Shown here piece by piece: positions 25,090 through 38,645 of a DNA stretch of 64,000 nucleotides (within the stretch, counting starts at the first letter, position 1; the number at the start of each line of letters is the position of its first letter). Location of the stretch: contig OY253672.1 in NCBI GenBank assembly GCA_958009085.1, positions 620,001 to 684,000 of the forward strand. Reading direction: 5' to 3'. The stretch comes from Protoeuglena noctilucae (Eukaryota). A model generated the notes under the pieces. The model did no database searches. It was not told the DNA's origin and saw nothing but the letters and a program-made list of their open reading frames with translations. The position numbers were made by a program, and so were the translations under genes.

Positions 25090-27433
25090 ATGACCGGCGG
25101 CAAGCGCAAGCGCGTGTGCGTGGTGGGCTCGGGCGCGGCGGGGATGGCCTGCGCGTGGAGCCTCGGCCGCTTCCCCGACCGGTTCGAGGTGGAGGTCTGG
25201 GAGGCCCTGCCGCAGCCCGGGGGAGTGGCAACGTCGCAGTCGTTGCGGTCGTCCAAGGACGGGGCCAACCTCGAGCTCAACGACCAAGTGCAGGTGCGTG
25301 GCGCGCTGGCAAACCACCTCTCCGCGGCGCTCGCGGCGCGCGCGGCGCTGTGGGCGGCGCGCGACGACCGTCATGCCAACGCACGCCTCGCGGCCGCCGG
25401 TCGAGGCGCCGCGACGCGCCCGCGGGCCTGCGCGTTCAGATTGCCCGGGCGAATGGCTCTCGCCATTAACCCGCGGCCGCGGCGCGGACGGGGACGCACG
25501 GCCGGCGCGCGCCGTCTGTCCTGCGCTCGAGCTGGCGGATTAAAAGGAATCCGCCGCCTCCGCTCGACGATACCGCTCGCGCGCCCCGGGAGGCAGCGCC
25601 CGTGGCACACGGATAGCGTCCTCCCGCGCGCGCAGGGGGGCGCGCCGAGCTACCGGAACAACGTGCTGTTTTTCCAAGAGTTTGGGTGCAAGACGCACAG
25701 CGTCATGATGAAAGTCTGCTTCGGCAAGGGGGAGTTTTCGTGGACCAACCACGCCGACTCGGCGCTCGTGCAGCGGCTGCACAAGGACATCGAGCGGTTC
25801 GGGCGCGTGCTGAAGTGGATTCACCGCTTTGAGCCGCTCTTCGTCTTCTTCCCGATTCACCGGGTGAGTTGCGCCCGCGGCGCGCGGCCTGCCGGTGGCA
25901 AGTGGGTGCGACATTGGGATCGTGCGACACCCGCGCGCGCCCGCCACACCCGCAGGTCCTGAGCATGTGGGGCTTCTCGAAGGACTTCGCGGACCACATG
26001 GTCTTCCCCCTGACGGCCCTCTTCTTCGGGACGGGCAACCAGACGCCATACGTGAGCGCGGCCATCATCGCCCGCGTCTTCCTCGACAAGGAGCTCGCGC
26101 TGTTCAAGTACTCGCCCGACCGGCTGCTGGACGGCATGCCGGAGATGTTCGCCTTCTCGAACCTGGGCCAGTCGTACCAGGCCATCGCCTCTCGCATCGG
26201 CGCCTCGGTCCTCTGCAACAAGGCCATCGCCAAGGTGCGCCGCACGCGCAAGGGCGTCACGGTGACGGACACGGACGGCAACGTGGCCGAGTTCGACGAC
26301 ATCGTGTTCACGTGCGACACCGAGACGACCCTGCGTGCCATGGGCGACGACGCGTCGTGGTTCGAGCGAAGGCTCCTGGGCAACGTCAGGTACTACGACG
26401 ACCTCATCGTCACGCACGAGGACGAGGTGAGAACCGACGACTGCTTGTTCTCGATATGGGGGTTGGGGGGCAGTCAACGCGCGATGGTGCGCGTTGGTGG
26501 GTCCCAGCAGCCAGCTGTCACTGCTTGCTTTTGACGCAGCCCCTCTTGTTTCCTGCCTGCAGTCGTACATGCAGGCTCACTATGAGATGGACCCGAAGCT
26601 CAACGACATGTACTTCATCCGCACGGACCCCAAGAACCGGAAGCGCGTCGAGATGTCGTTTAACCTGTGCCACTACCAGCCCCACCTGGCCAAGGCGGCC
26701 GGGCGCAACCTGTACCAGACCATCTTCCTCGACGCTAAGGGGAAGGTGAGGGGCGGCAGCAGGGGTGACGTAGACATGGCGGCTCGAGTGCCACCATCGG
26801 CTCCAGTAGACAGGTCTGCTGACACCAAACAGTGACACTCGGACTGAGCTTAATGAGCTCACTCGTGCTCTGACTTGCCCCGCCTTGCTGCAGGAGCACT
26901 GGACGTACGACGAGCTGGACAAGAAGTCGGTGCTGATGGAGCGGTGGACGCACCAGTTCGCGCACACGTGGACGCACTTCGCCTTCTGGGTGCCCTTCAT
27001 CCGATTCATCCAGGCAAGCCGTCGCCGCCACTGCACCCACAGCGCCACTGCTGGGCCGACAGCACACATGGGGTGCGTTGGTGCGTTCTGCTGACGCGTC
27101 GACACCCACCCACCTGCCCGTACACCCTCTCTCCCCTCGCAGGGGTCCCGAGGCGCGTGGTACGCGGGGGCCGTGACGCTCGTCAACACGCACGAGGTGG
27201 CGGTGATGTCGGGGCTGGCGGTGGCGCACCGACTCGGGGCACCCTACCCCTTCGCGCACGACCCCCTGGCCTTCTCTCAGATGAAGGTGTACATGTCGAT
27301 CGTGCACGGGGTCCGGCTGCGGCCCCAGGACTGTTCGTCTGAGGGCACGTCTTTCGCCAAGGGCCAAACGGACGGCAAGGGCGCCACAGGCGCACCCACG
27401 CAGCGGGCAGGGCAGGGACAGGCATCCGGCTAA
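25090..27433 (+). CDS. FAD/NAD-binding oxidoreductase (flavin amine-oxidase-like), 6 exons
   Basis: Rossmann motif RVCVVGSGAAGMACAWSL...EVWEALPQPGG, then FPLTALFFGTGNQTP, and C-terminal WYAGAVTLVNTHEVAVMSGLAVAHRLGAPYPF. Stop is TAA at 27431-27433. Confidence 0.85.
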
Positions 27434-28061
27434 CAGATCGGACAGGTTTCCTGCCAGGATAGGGGCCAGATGGAGGCCGGCGAGACTCGCCTCGTATGCA
27501 CTCAGAGGGTATGTCACCCACATCACGTTGTCATCGTCATTGCCGCGAGACATGGCCCGACCCCGAGTCGTGCCACGTCTCCGTATTTGTCGTTTCCAGT
27601 TTCGCTCGGACGTTTTTGCGGCTGCTCATTCTGCCTGCTGCCACCGACGCGCTCCGCCGTGGCCAGGCCCCACGCTATACGCGCCAAGTAGCGCCAAGTA
27701 GTCCAACCCTCTCAGACCGTTAGTGCCTCCGAGAGCAGCGCAGGTCCTCGCCTCTTCTCTGTCCTCTGCCGCTCACTGCGAACCTAAGCCCCTTAGCCAG
27801 GCTCCTTTCAAACGCACCCATTGGTCAGTCAGAGCACGCAGCCGGGACGCAAGAGCGTCTATGAAACAATGAAGGCCGGCAAGGTCGCGCACACGCGCCA
27901 CGGCCCGTCTGGCCGCCGAGGCGCTGGGAGCGAGGGCGCGACAAAACGGGGACAGACCCTGAACGCCTCAGGCAGGCCGGCAGCGAGCTGTTGCCCCTTC
28001 AGGCAGGCGCATAGTACCGTACAGAAGGCGGCGTAATGGGGCGACACAACACTCCATCCGG

Positions 28062-30735
28062 TCACTCGAGGTTGGGGAAGGTGAGGGCGCAGGCCTCCTC
28101 GATGCCGCGGATCTTGGAGATCTCCGCCAGGACCTCGTCCGAGACGACCTCGTCGACGCCCACGGCCATGATGGCCTCGGTGCGCTTGGCGCGGCGGCCG
28201 ACAGTCATGAAGGAGATGTTGATGTTGTGACCGCTGAGGGTGGTGCCCAGGGTGCCGATGACGCCTGGCTGGTCGCGCTGCTTGGTGAGGATGACCGACT
28301 CGCTCATCTCCACCTCCACGTCGGTCGTGCCCACGCGCGTGATGAAGGGGGAGCCCTTGATCACCGCGCCCGCCAGCTCGATGCGCCCGGCACCGTTCAG
28401 GCACCCGCTGAACTTGGGCTTGGCCGCCACCTCCACCGACACGCTGGACAGCAGGTCGCGCGACGTGGCCTTCACCACCGTCTCGACCACCTCGATGTTG
28501 TACTGCTCGGCCAGGTAGTCGGCGTTCACCAGGTTCACGTTCTGGTCCGTGATCGACTCGAGGATGCCCTTGAGGATGTTGGCACGCAGGAGGCGCGTGT
28601 CCAGGTCGTCGCCGCGGGGGGACGCGTACGTCACGCGCAGCTGGCCCAGGCCCCCGCTGCCCGCCAGCAGCTGTACCACCGCGGAACCGAGACCCTGCGA
28701 GGAGTACGAGGAGGGCGACAAAGGCTTCTCAGGGCGTCCGGTGCGTGCATCGCACGCAGCCGACGACAATCGCTCGCCGGCCGCTGTCGTGCACTGCAGC
28801 AGCGGACCTGGCCAACCAGCCACCCATGACTCTCCTGCAGCGTCCTTCTCTCACCTCGGCCAGCGCCACGTACGGCTGCAGCTCCGCCAGGACCTCCTTG
28901 GGCACCATGGGCGCGTTGACTGCCGTAGAGGCCAGCTCGCCCTGGAGCGCGTTCACCACCGCCTCCGCCACCTCCACCGCCACGGCCTCCTGGGCCTCGA
29001 CCGTGGAGGCGCCCAGGTGCGGCGTGCAGATCACGCTGTCGAGCTTGAGCTGCGGGGGGTGGGCACGGGCAGCGTTGGGGCACGGAGGGTCTCTGTGTGC
29101 GGGGGTGCCACCCTGGCTGGCCCATGACCAGGGCTGCGGCGGCGCACCAGGGGGTTGTCCGCCTGCACGGGCTCCTCGGAGAACACGTCCAGCGCGGCGC
29201 CAGCGATGTGGCCGCTCTCGAGGGCCTTTGCGAGGGCGATTTCGTCGATCACGCCGCCGCGCGCCACGTTGATGATGCGGGCGCCCTTCTTCATCTTGGC
29301 CAGCGCCTCCTCGTTGATAAGGTTCTTGGTCGAGTCGAGCAGGGGCATGTGGAGGGAGAAGAAGTCCGCCGTCTTGAGGGCTGCGAGGGAGGGGCATGGG
29401 ACGTGCGGGGTTGCAGCAGGAGGGCTGCCTGCCACGAGCAAGGGTGCGATCACGCTGCATCGTGGGCCCCGGCTCGTCCTCACCCGTCTCGAAGTCGACC
29501 ATCTCGACGCCGAGGGCCTTGGCACGCTCGGCGGGGGCATAGGGGTCGTAGGCAATGACACGCATGCCGAGGCCCTTGGCGCGGCGGCCGACCTCGGACC
29601 CGACCTTGCCGAAGCCGATGACGGCGACGGTCTTGCCGATCATCGACGCCCCGACGAACTTGGTCCGCTTCCACTCGCCCTTCTTCACCGACGCATTGGC
29701 CTGCAGGTGGTCACATGGGTGGTGCCGGCATGTGTCATCATCCAACCAGCGAGGTATAGAGAAACTTGTTGTCAGAGAGTCAGCGACTGCGACGTTGCTG
29801 GACTGTTGCTGGACGTGGGAGCGTGATTGCCACAGTGCAATGCAGAGGGCCTTGCGAGGGACAGGTGTGCGCCTCGGGCGTCACCTGGGGCACCATGCGG
29901 GCGAGGGAGCAGAGGAGGGCGATGCCATGCTCAGCGGCCGCGACCGTGTTGGCCGTGGGGGCGTTGACGACGAGGCAGCCGAACTCGGTCGCGGCCTTCA
30001 AATCCACGTTGTCGACACCCACCCCCGCACGGCCGACGACCTGGAGGCGGCCCTTGCCGGCCTCGATCACGTCGCGCGTGATCTTGGTGCCCGAGCGCAC
30101 GATCACGGCGTCCACGAGGGGCATCTTGGCCTTGAGCTGGTCTGCAGAGTGGGACCGGGGTCACACGGTGCGGTGCTGCAGTCGGGCGATCCGCGGCACA
30201 CGAGGATGCGTGTGTCGGGAGGAGAGCGGAGGCTTGGAGGGCAAAGCTGTGGCCGCAGCGCTCGAGGGTGGCTGCGGAATGCAGCGCTGCGGGCATGGCC
30301 TCACCGGGCGTGAGGTCGTACGAGCAGTCCACGTTGGCGAACTGCTTGAGGAGATCGAGACCGGCGTCGCCGAGCTTCTCCGCCACGAGGATGGTGGGCT
30401 TGCCGCCGTCGGCGCGAGCTGCGGGCAGAGGGACGCACCGGTGATCTGCGCCGGGCAGGTTCCGCGGGCTAGATCGGACCTTAGATGCCACGCGCAATCG
30501 TTGCTCTGTGACAATGCGTGGTCGTTTGTCGCAGCGAGGCTCCCGGGAGACGACGACAGTTGAGCGCGGGCGCGATTCCATGTGCGCAGGACAGAAAGGC
30601 AAGGGGCAGCCAGCAGGGCGCTGGGATGCGGCCGTGGCCGGAACCGACGATGAATTAAAGGACTGAAGGAGGCGCAGGCGTCGAGAACGCCGGCGCTCGC
30701 GCCCTGGATCGCGGGGACTCACCCACGGCAGCCAT
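28062..30735 (-). CDS. serA: D-3-phosphoglycerate dehydrogenase, plastid-type, with C-terminal ACT domain
   Basis: VVGRAGVGVDNVDL, NAPTANTVAAAEH, IGFGKVGSEV, INVARGGVIDE, TPHLGASTVEAQ and the ACT-domain segment DQPGVIGTLGTTLSGHNINISFM. Confidence 0.95.
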
Positions 30736-31424
30736 CCTTGACACCCGAACGCCCCGGCGCGACGTGAGGCATGCTGCCGCCGCGAGCGCGCTCCTCTGCA
30801 TTCGGAGACGGCGCATTTAGATAAGAGACATCACTTGCGAGGCCTGGGGTGTGCAAATACAGACGCTGCGCGTCGCGCAAGGTCCCGCAGAAAGGCGGGG
30901 AGGGGTCGCCCAGACCCGCGCGTCTGCGAGCCTCCTCGGCAACGGGACCCGCACACAAAGAGCGAATTCGACGCTTGGTCTACCGAAACCGAGCATCGGC
31001 GAATCGGCGACGCGGCACCCGCGAGGGGCGTCCTGGACCGGGCACGACAGCTGTTGCGGCGGCGGGCGCGAAGGAGAGCCAGGCTTGCATTTGCATCCAC
31101 TCCTCGTTTGAAAAGGAGGTGCCGCAGTTCACCTGCGCATTGCGGGTCAGCGCGGACCTGGGCGCGGGGCCCACCACCCCGGCCTGCCGGGCCGCCCGGC
31201 CGCGGACGGCCCCAGCCAAGGGAACTGACACCACGGTCGCCATGGTTCAAGGGAGGGAATCTTCTGCCCCTCCCAGCGACGGCAGGCCCGGGAGAGACCG
31301 AGTGCGGCGGCGTCAGGCGCGGGGGCGTACCTGCCCAAGCCACGCCAACGCCTGGCTCGCACAGGAAATCGAGTGCCTACAGCGGCAGCGGTATCGGCGC
31401 GCGATCCGCGCCGGTATGCGCCTC

Positions 31425-33776
31425 CTAGTTGCTCTGCTCGGGCACCTGCGGCAGGGGCACCATCTGGAAGGCCAGCTCGGACGCCCGCAGCCCCTTCCCC
31501 TCGGCGTAGAGGCTCCCCAGGACCTTCGGGTCCCGCCAGGGGCCCTCGTCCATCTGCATACACTCCTCGAGCGTCAGCTTCTTCTGACCCCCCAGGAACT
31601 GCGGGCAGAGAGAACAGGCGACGGGTGCCGGGCAAGGCCCCTCACCAACAAGGTCAGGCCTTCCTGCTTCTGACACGTGACAGGGAGCAGCCTCACCTGC
31701 GGCAGCACAGCCGGGTCCACAATCTCCCAGACCTGCTCGTCGGCCAGGTAGGTACACAGCTTGATCTTGTCCTGGGTCCGCGGGTCCAACCAAGGCTTGA
31801 TGCACGCCCAGATGGCGCTGCGGTGAGGGAGGACGCGTGGGCGTTAGCGATATGTGCAGGCCGCAGCGATGCAGGGGGATTCAAAAGCACCACAAGAGGG
31901 CAGCGCGCACGGCAGGGGAGGAGAGGCATTGGCTTGAAGGTGACGTGACACCGTCGCACACCTGAACGTATAGCCCGCGTTCAGGATGAACATGTTGCCC
32001 AAGTGCTCCGGGTAGTTGTCCTGGTCGATTGCTGCGGGCATGGTGGACAAAGTGCAAGGCATGACGTTTGGCCCTCAGAAGGGCCTGCAGGCCTCAGCTG
32101 GCGGCCATCGCGTCCCAACAAGGCAAACCAGGCTTCAGCAACGATCCTAGTCACCTGAGATGGTCTTGATAAGCGACTGCACCTGCGGGAACTGCGAGAA
32201 GCTGACCCCCGCCAGGTCCAGGAAGGTGCAGGAGGAGTAGATCTGGCGACCAGCGACCTGCGATGCAGGAAATGAAAATCGTCGAGGCGAGACACATGGC
32301 GCTGCGGGGCAGTATGCACAGGTGTGTGTAAGCGCCGGCTAGCTGCGGGACGCGTGCCTTCGATGCCGCAGGGAAGCGGTGCTTCACGAGGTACTCCCAG
32401 CCCCAGACGTGGAAACGCAGGAAAGTGTCAATGTCGCAGAGCTTGAGGATCTGCGGATGGACGGGTGCGCGGTGGCTGAGCAAGGGCCGCTAGCCATTCC
32501 TAGAATAACCTGCACAGATGCTGATGCTCATGACACCTCACCTCAGTGAAGTTGATCTTCCCCAAGGACTCGACGTAGATGGGGCGCCCAAAACGATCTG
32601 CGGGGACCGCGGACAGCGTTGCGCTGCGGGGCCGGCCCCAAGGGGACACGAGCTTGGTGACTTGCATCGGTCCTGGTGCAATCACAGCCCTGTTGCTCCG
32701 CACGTATCACGGCCCCATGCGTGCCCGGCCGCACCTGTCCCGCAGTAGAACATCGGGTAGATGCGCGCGATCTGCTCGTACTGGGGGAACTGGAAGGTGT
32801 GCAGCACCTTGTCCGCCCCGAAATCCGTGCGCCACTGCAGGAAGGACCTCAACGGGGCTGTCGACCCCGCGCGGGAACGTGCGGGTCACGGGGCGTCCAT
32901 GGCGCGTTCCATGGCGCGTTCATCCATGGCGCGTTCACGGGCCCACCTTGACCATCTTGGCGTACATGTCCGCGGCCTTGGCCAGGTCCCACTTCCGCGC
33001 CATGAGGAACCGCGCCAAATCCGTGTCGCTGGTGCCCGCGCCAGCCACCCCCAGCGCGCCGATCTCCGTCAGCCGCTGGCGGAACGACGGGATCAGCGCC
33101 TTCTGCTCCGCCGGAAGATATTCCACCCAGAAGACCCTGCAGGTATCCGGGCATACTCAGAAGTCAACCTGCGCCCTATGCTCGAGCGCGAGGGAGCCAA
33201 GCAGTTCCTACGCAAGCTGCACCGCGTGCGGCATCGCGGGGCTCAGGCGCGGGCTCGCCGCTGCCCTGGGGCCGGATGCAAAATGGCCAGCCAAACCGGG
33301 GCAGCAGCGCGATCCCGCGGCGCGACCAGCGCGCTCAGCGTGGACACCAACGGCAACAAGCGGTCATGACGCTCCGTGCGCGCCCATCGCAGGCAGCCTG
33401 GCAATCGGCGTCGAGCGAGAATGCGGGTCGCACGTCGCGCGAATGAGGGCACCGCGCAGAGGGCTGCTAGGCGCCCCCCGCAGCCGTTTAGCTCGATGAA
33501 TGAGCAACGTGTTCGAGCACGTGCATCCATCTCGCGGTGGCGGCAGCGAGCCGCGGCTGCTCGCGGCCCCGGGGTGGGTGACGACGATAGCGCAATGTGC
33601 GGGACGTCGAGGGCGCTAGCGGAGTCCAAGCTTGCTAAGTGGCGATATAAGAGCCTCTTCGATCAACGCCGAGGCCAGTCGCGGGCTTGCGACCCAAGTT
33701 GGCGTGGCTGGGCCATTAAAAAGGCCTCTCACCGCTCTTCGGTGGGGACCTTCTCGGCCGGGGCCGCCCCAGTCAT
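31425..33776 (-). CDS. SEC14/CRAL-TRIO phosphatidylinositol transfer protein (ends approximate)
   Basis: DLARFLMARKWDLAKAADM, DRFGRPIYVESLG, IDQDNYPEHLGNMFILNA and AIWACIKPWLDPRTQDKI. A likely first exon MTGAAPAEKVPTEER (33776) splices in phase to VFWVEYLP. Confidence 0.9.
32897..32938 (+). repeat. Short intronic tandem repeat (tccatggcgcgt x3)
   Basis: gtccatggcgcgttccatggcgcgttcatccatggcgcgttc next to a SEC14 donor site. Confidence 0.85.
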
Positions 33777-34217
33777 CCAGTTCCACATCCTCCCCCCCCG
33801 CCAGCCAGCCCGGGGTCCCCCAGCAGCTCGACACGCGCCTCCTGAGCAAAGACGATGGCTTGGCAGATAGAAGCGCGGCTGAGGACCTCACGCTACGGCA
33901 TTGCCAAACTGAAACTCCTCACAAGAAACCCCCCGGGCTTTAGTCGCGCAGCCTGCGCTGCCAGCCATCACGTTGCGTGCGTCAGATCGACAAAGCTCGG
34001 CAACCAGACCGCCTCGCTGATCTACGACCAGTTTTGCAGGTTTCTTTTGCTGTGTCAGAGGCGCTAGTGGGACACAGCGCGAAAGAGACCTCTTGCACGG
34101 CGCAAGGCACGGCTGGGACTGCGCAGTGCACAGCGACGTTTTGCAGCCTCGCGAGGAGCTATAAGGTCGAGGCGCAAGGCACAGCATACACTGCATGAGT
34201 AAATCAAGCTCTCCGCG

Positions 34218-36178
34218 ATGGTTCTGTACCTCGGTGAGCCAGGGGCGCGAAGCGCAGGCCCGGAACGCCGCATGTACAGCCATCCAGCCGCTCATGCTTT
34301 CCAGAGGCGTTGTGCCCACATCCACGCTCTGAGCTTTGTAATATGCTCCTCATGCAGTGGGACTGGGCCTCGAAGACGAGCGCGACATCTCGGTCAAGGC
34401 GCTGGAGGCCGTGCGGTGAGTCCGGCCTTGTGGCGCGATGTGGGCGCTGCGCCGCCGCTGCCCGAGGGGCGCGAATGAGCCTGTATCTGTCTGTCCGCAG
34501 ATCTTGCGACCGTATCTACTTGGAGATGTACACGTCCATTCTGATGGTGTCGCCCAGCGAGGCGCCGATGGACACCAGCCGCCTCGAAGCCTTCTACGGC
34601 AAGCCAGTAACAGGCAAGAGTTTCGATTCACATGTGCAATCGCAGTCAGTTGCAATGACCCTGGCCCCGGCGTCCCTGGCGCGAGCATTGGTGCGAAGGG
34701 ACCCCACGAGCACGCGCCCGCTCACGAGCATGCGTCTGCACCCTCGCAGTTGCGGACAGGGAGATGGTGGAGTCCAACTCGGACGAGATTCTCCGGGACG
34801 CGGACAAAGTCGACGTGGCTTTCCTAGGTGAGCTCAGGAGGACGCATGGCAAAGTACTGGTGGGCCCCTATGATTGGCTGGCTCAGTATGTGTGAGGGTC
34901 TCCTTCGTCCCAGTGGTTGGGGACCCCTTCGGTGCAACCACGCACGCGGACCTGCAGATCCGCGCTCGGGAGAAGGGCATACCGGGTGAGGGATTGCTGC
35001 ACATGGTATCCGAGCCCGGACGTCGTGATGAGTGTGCAAAGCTGCCAGTGAGACTAAGGTATCTATCACATGCCATAACAGAGCACGTGACGTGATCGCA
35101 GTGCGGGTATTCCACAACGCATCGATCATGAACGCGGTGGGGGCGTGCGGGCTTCAGCTCTACCGGTACGGGGAGGCCGTGTCGATCGTGTTCTTCGAGC
35201 CCAACTGGCGGCCCGACTCATTCTTCGGTGAGTGCGCATTAGCACAGTTCGCAAATACCATGCAAGGCTCTCGGGGCCGTCGCTGTTCCTTTGGCTCAAC
35301 ACGCAAGTCGCGACCCCCGCCCCTTGCAGACAAGATTGCCCGGAACAGGGCCCTGGGCCTCCACACGCTGTGCCTGCTGGACATCAAGGTCAAGGAGCCC
35401 AACCTGGACTATTTGGTCAAGACTGGGAGGACGAAGTATGACCCTCCCCGGTACATGTCCATCAGGTGACACCTTGCATAGAGGATGCAAGGGGCACAGA
35501 GTGGGGCCATATGCCACGGCTAGAACACCCGGACTCTTTGCTGAGGGTGCTGTCATTTCTCCTGCCTTCCTTGGAGTGCCGTGCTCGTGTGTCTGGGCCG
35601 GCGAGTCTTACGAGCGGCGTCAGAGCGTCACTCCCATCAGTCTTATCCTTTGCAGGACGGCGATCGAGGAGCTTTTGGAAATCGAGGACAAGAGGGGCGA
35701 GGGAGTGTACAGCCGAGGTACCCTGTGTGTGGGCCTGGCGCGTGTGGGGTGCCGAGACCAGCGCATCGTGGCAGGAAGGATGGAGGTGACGAGAGGCGTT
35801 AGCCTGGCTGGCTTTCACTTATCCATTCGGCCCAGACGCCGCTGCACACAACATAGGCACATTCTAACCCTAGTAGACTACTCTCGATACCAAACATGCC
35901 GTGCATGCTGGCTGCTTCCCAGTGGTCGGTCGTGCCGCGATGCGCGCCCCCATGGGTATTGACCACAGGACCTCCTGGACGTCGACTTCGGGGGCCCTCT
36001 GCACTCGCTGGTCATCGCGGGGGAGTGCCACGACATGGAAATTGAGCTCCTGAACGAGTACATGCTCGATTCAGCAAAGCACGTCGACCCAAGCGACTGG
36101 GACCTCTACCGCCCTCCGTCGGGCATGGTGGCCGTCCCGCAGCTCCACCGGCGCCCGAAAGAGGCCGCGGGAAGCTGA
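34218..36178 (+). CDS. DPH5: Diphthine methyl ester synthase
   Basis: [81 protein letters not shown] and [11 protein letters not shown]. Confidence 0.96.
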
Positions 36179-36308
36179 GCTAGGCGTTTGAGCACGCCCA
36201 CGTGGTTGAATGGTCCAGCCCGGCATTGCATGTGTCACGCCTCATGCTCCCGGCTGTCTGCACCCCACGCCGGGTGCTAGGCCACTGCATGGCTGGCCAT
36301 TGCGTGGC

Positions 36309-38353
36309 TCATCGCGACGCCGCCGCGACTCGAGACGGCGCGAACCACTCCCCGCGCTTCCTCGTGATGAATCGCGCCTGCGCCTGCATCATCCCCGCGT
36401 ATGCCTCCTCCTGGCAGAAAGCCGGCGCCGCTCCCGAGCCCCCCAGGCCCACCATGGTGCTCCCGGAACCAGTCATGAAGACTGCAGGAAAGGAGAAGAT
36501 GCCTGAATTCGTGGCTGCGTCATGGGCAGCAGCGGGAGATGATAGGAAGCGACCAACCACGACAGTACCGATGCCACACGCACAGTTGCCAGTGACAGCG
36601 GCTGTCTACATTCGTGCCACATGAGGTGCCCATGCATGATAACACCCCGCACGCACCCGAAGTGAAGTCCCCCTCCGCCATGAGCCTTCGCTTCAGCTCT
36701 GCCAGCTCCGGCAGTGTGTCGAACGCCGGCTGCTCCAAGTCGTTCACCACATTGCGCTGCTGGGCACCCTCGGCACGCAGGCGGTCCAGGAGCTCCCGGG
36801 GGTCCTCTGCGAGCAGGCGCGGGTCCGCTTGGGCGCTGGTTGGGAGGCGAGGGGTGCTGGGGGGTACACCACCGATGAGGCCGGCCGTGTGCATGCTGAG
36901 CGGGGCAGCCGCCACGCACCCGTGCTGCGCCGGGACAGGTCCAGGGCCTTGAAGATCAGCGGCGTGGAGAGGCCGACCTCTGGCTTGATCAGGAAGAGCG
37001 GCGTGTCGAGGGGCAGGGGCGGCTCCACATCCTCGACAAACTCCCCACGCCCCGTCACTGCGAGCGAGGTCATCAGGTGTGTCCTTGCGTGACCATAAGA
37101 CCGCTTTCATCTACGGCCGAGTGGCCGAGAGCGACAAGTCCAGGCACTGTGTCTGTGGCTGGACCGTCCTGGGTGCGGGGCTGTGCTGCATAAGCGCAAG
37201 TCACGCACCGTACGCGGCCCCCAGAGAGAAGAAGACAGGGCAGTCGGAGCCGATCTCCGCCGACCACGTCAAGAGGTCTTCCTCGGAGACTGCGGGCGGA
37301 GTGACACGGCTGGGATGATGCCGTGCGAAGCGGTGAGCTGGCGGCGTTCATGGGGTTGATGCTTGTGCAGGTCATCGTCGTCATGCCAGCACCGCCCGGG
37401 CCTTTCGCCGTCCCTGAAGCACCTGGATTGGGAGCGATTTGGTTGGCCGCCCACAGGGTGGTGGAGCCGTTGGCGCTGCCCCCGCCCATGCCGCCACCGA
37501 ACGGCACCCGCTTCACGATGTGGACCTTGAAGTGCTGCTTCGTGCCCGTCTTGGCGCGGTACAGATCCAGCGCCCTGCGCCGAAAGCACACTGTGATGCC
37601 TGCATTGGACACCGTGCAGAGTCACCCACGCTGCGCCAGCTCTGCGGGGCTGACCAGCCATGACGCACCTGATCACGAGGTTGGTGTTGTCCGTGGGCAC
37701 GCCCGGGTTCGTGCACGTCAGGACGTCTTCCGTGGCTGCAGGTGCGCGGGTGAGGCCGGGTGAGCTGGGCTGGCCGAGCGCACAGGTGCCTGGCAACAAG
37801 CACGCAGGTTTCGACTCACCTGAGCTCGGAAGCGGCTCGTAGGTGATCGTGTCTCCCAAGTCGATGACGTGAAACAAGGATGCCAGGTCGTGGTACCCGT
37901 CCTGCTCAGGAAGGGCGGCGAAGCAGCGAAATCATGAGCAACGTTCCCCACCACGGCTCCCTGCGCGGCAGGGCCCGCTTATGAGGCGACGCACCTCGCG
38001 GCGACGCATCACTCGGAGGAACACGTTGATCTTGGATGGACTGAAGAGCTCCTGGTCGTCACGGGTCGCGCGGACAGCCACCCTGCGCGCGCGAGATGTT
38101 TAGAGCTCCCGATCTCCTACACTCGCGGACATCTGGCCACGTCGTGAATGCCCTGGCCCGCGCTAACAAGACGCCTATCGCTGGGTATGATGTAAGCGCC
38201 GTTTGGCGAGGTAACGGAGCCGCGGCCTGCCGATATCGCACAGCGCAGGCATCGCGCCCACCTGCGCATCGGCGCGCGTGATGGGCCCCGGGAGGGCGAC
38301 GCACGCACCCCCTTGCATAGCGCAGGAGGGGCAGCTGAGGTCGACGCCTGCAT
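36309..38353 (-). CDS. ispE: 4-diphosphocytidyl-2-C-methyl-D-erythritol kinase (MEP pathway, plastid-targeted)
   Basis: FSPSKINVFLRV, DGYHDLASLFHVI, KRVPFGGGMGGGSAN, IGSDCPVFF, NDLEQPAF and VFMTGSGST, preceded by an Ala/Arg/Ser-rich transit-peptide-like N-terminus. Confidence 0.95.
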
Positions 38354-38645
38354 CCGAGCGCCACAACAACCACAGTGAACACCGTTTCGCTCGCCTAGCA
38401 AAGCTCAGCAAATTTCATGCCGAACTGGCCGGTATCAGGCCTCGCTGTCGATGTGTGTCTGCACTTGCAATGCGCATCGCTGGGCGTGCTTCGCGGAGAC
38501 TGCAGCACGGGTGCGAGAAAGTGGTGCGACTGCTGTCAGAGCACGCGTGCATCGCATCGGAGCTCCAACTCCGTCTTCCCGTGTCTCTCTCCAGCTAGAA
38601 AGTCACTTTGATGCTGCCACATCTCATCTGCCAGGGGATCCGACC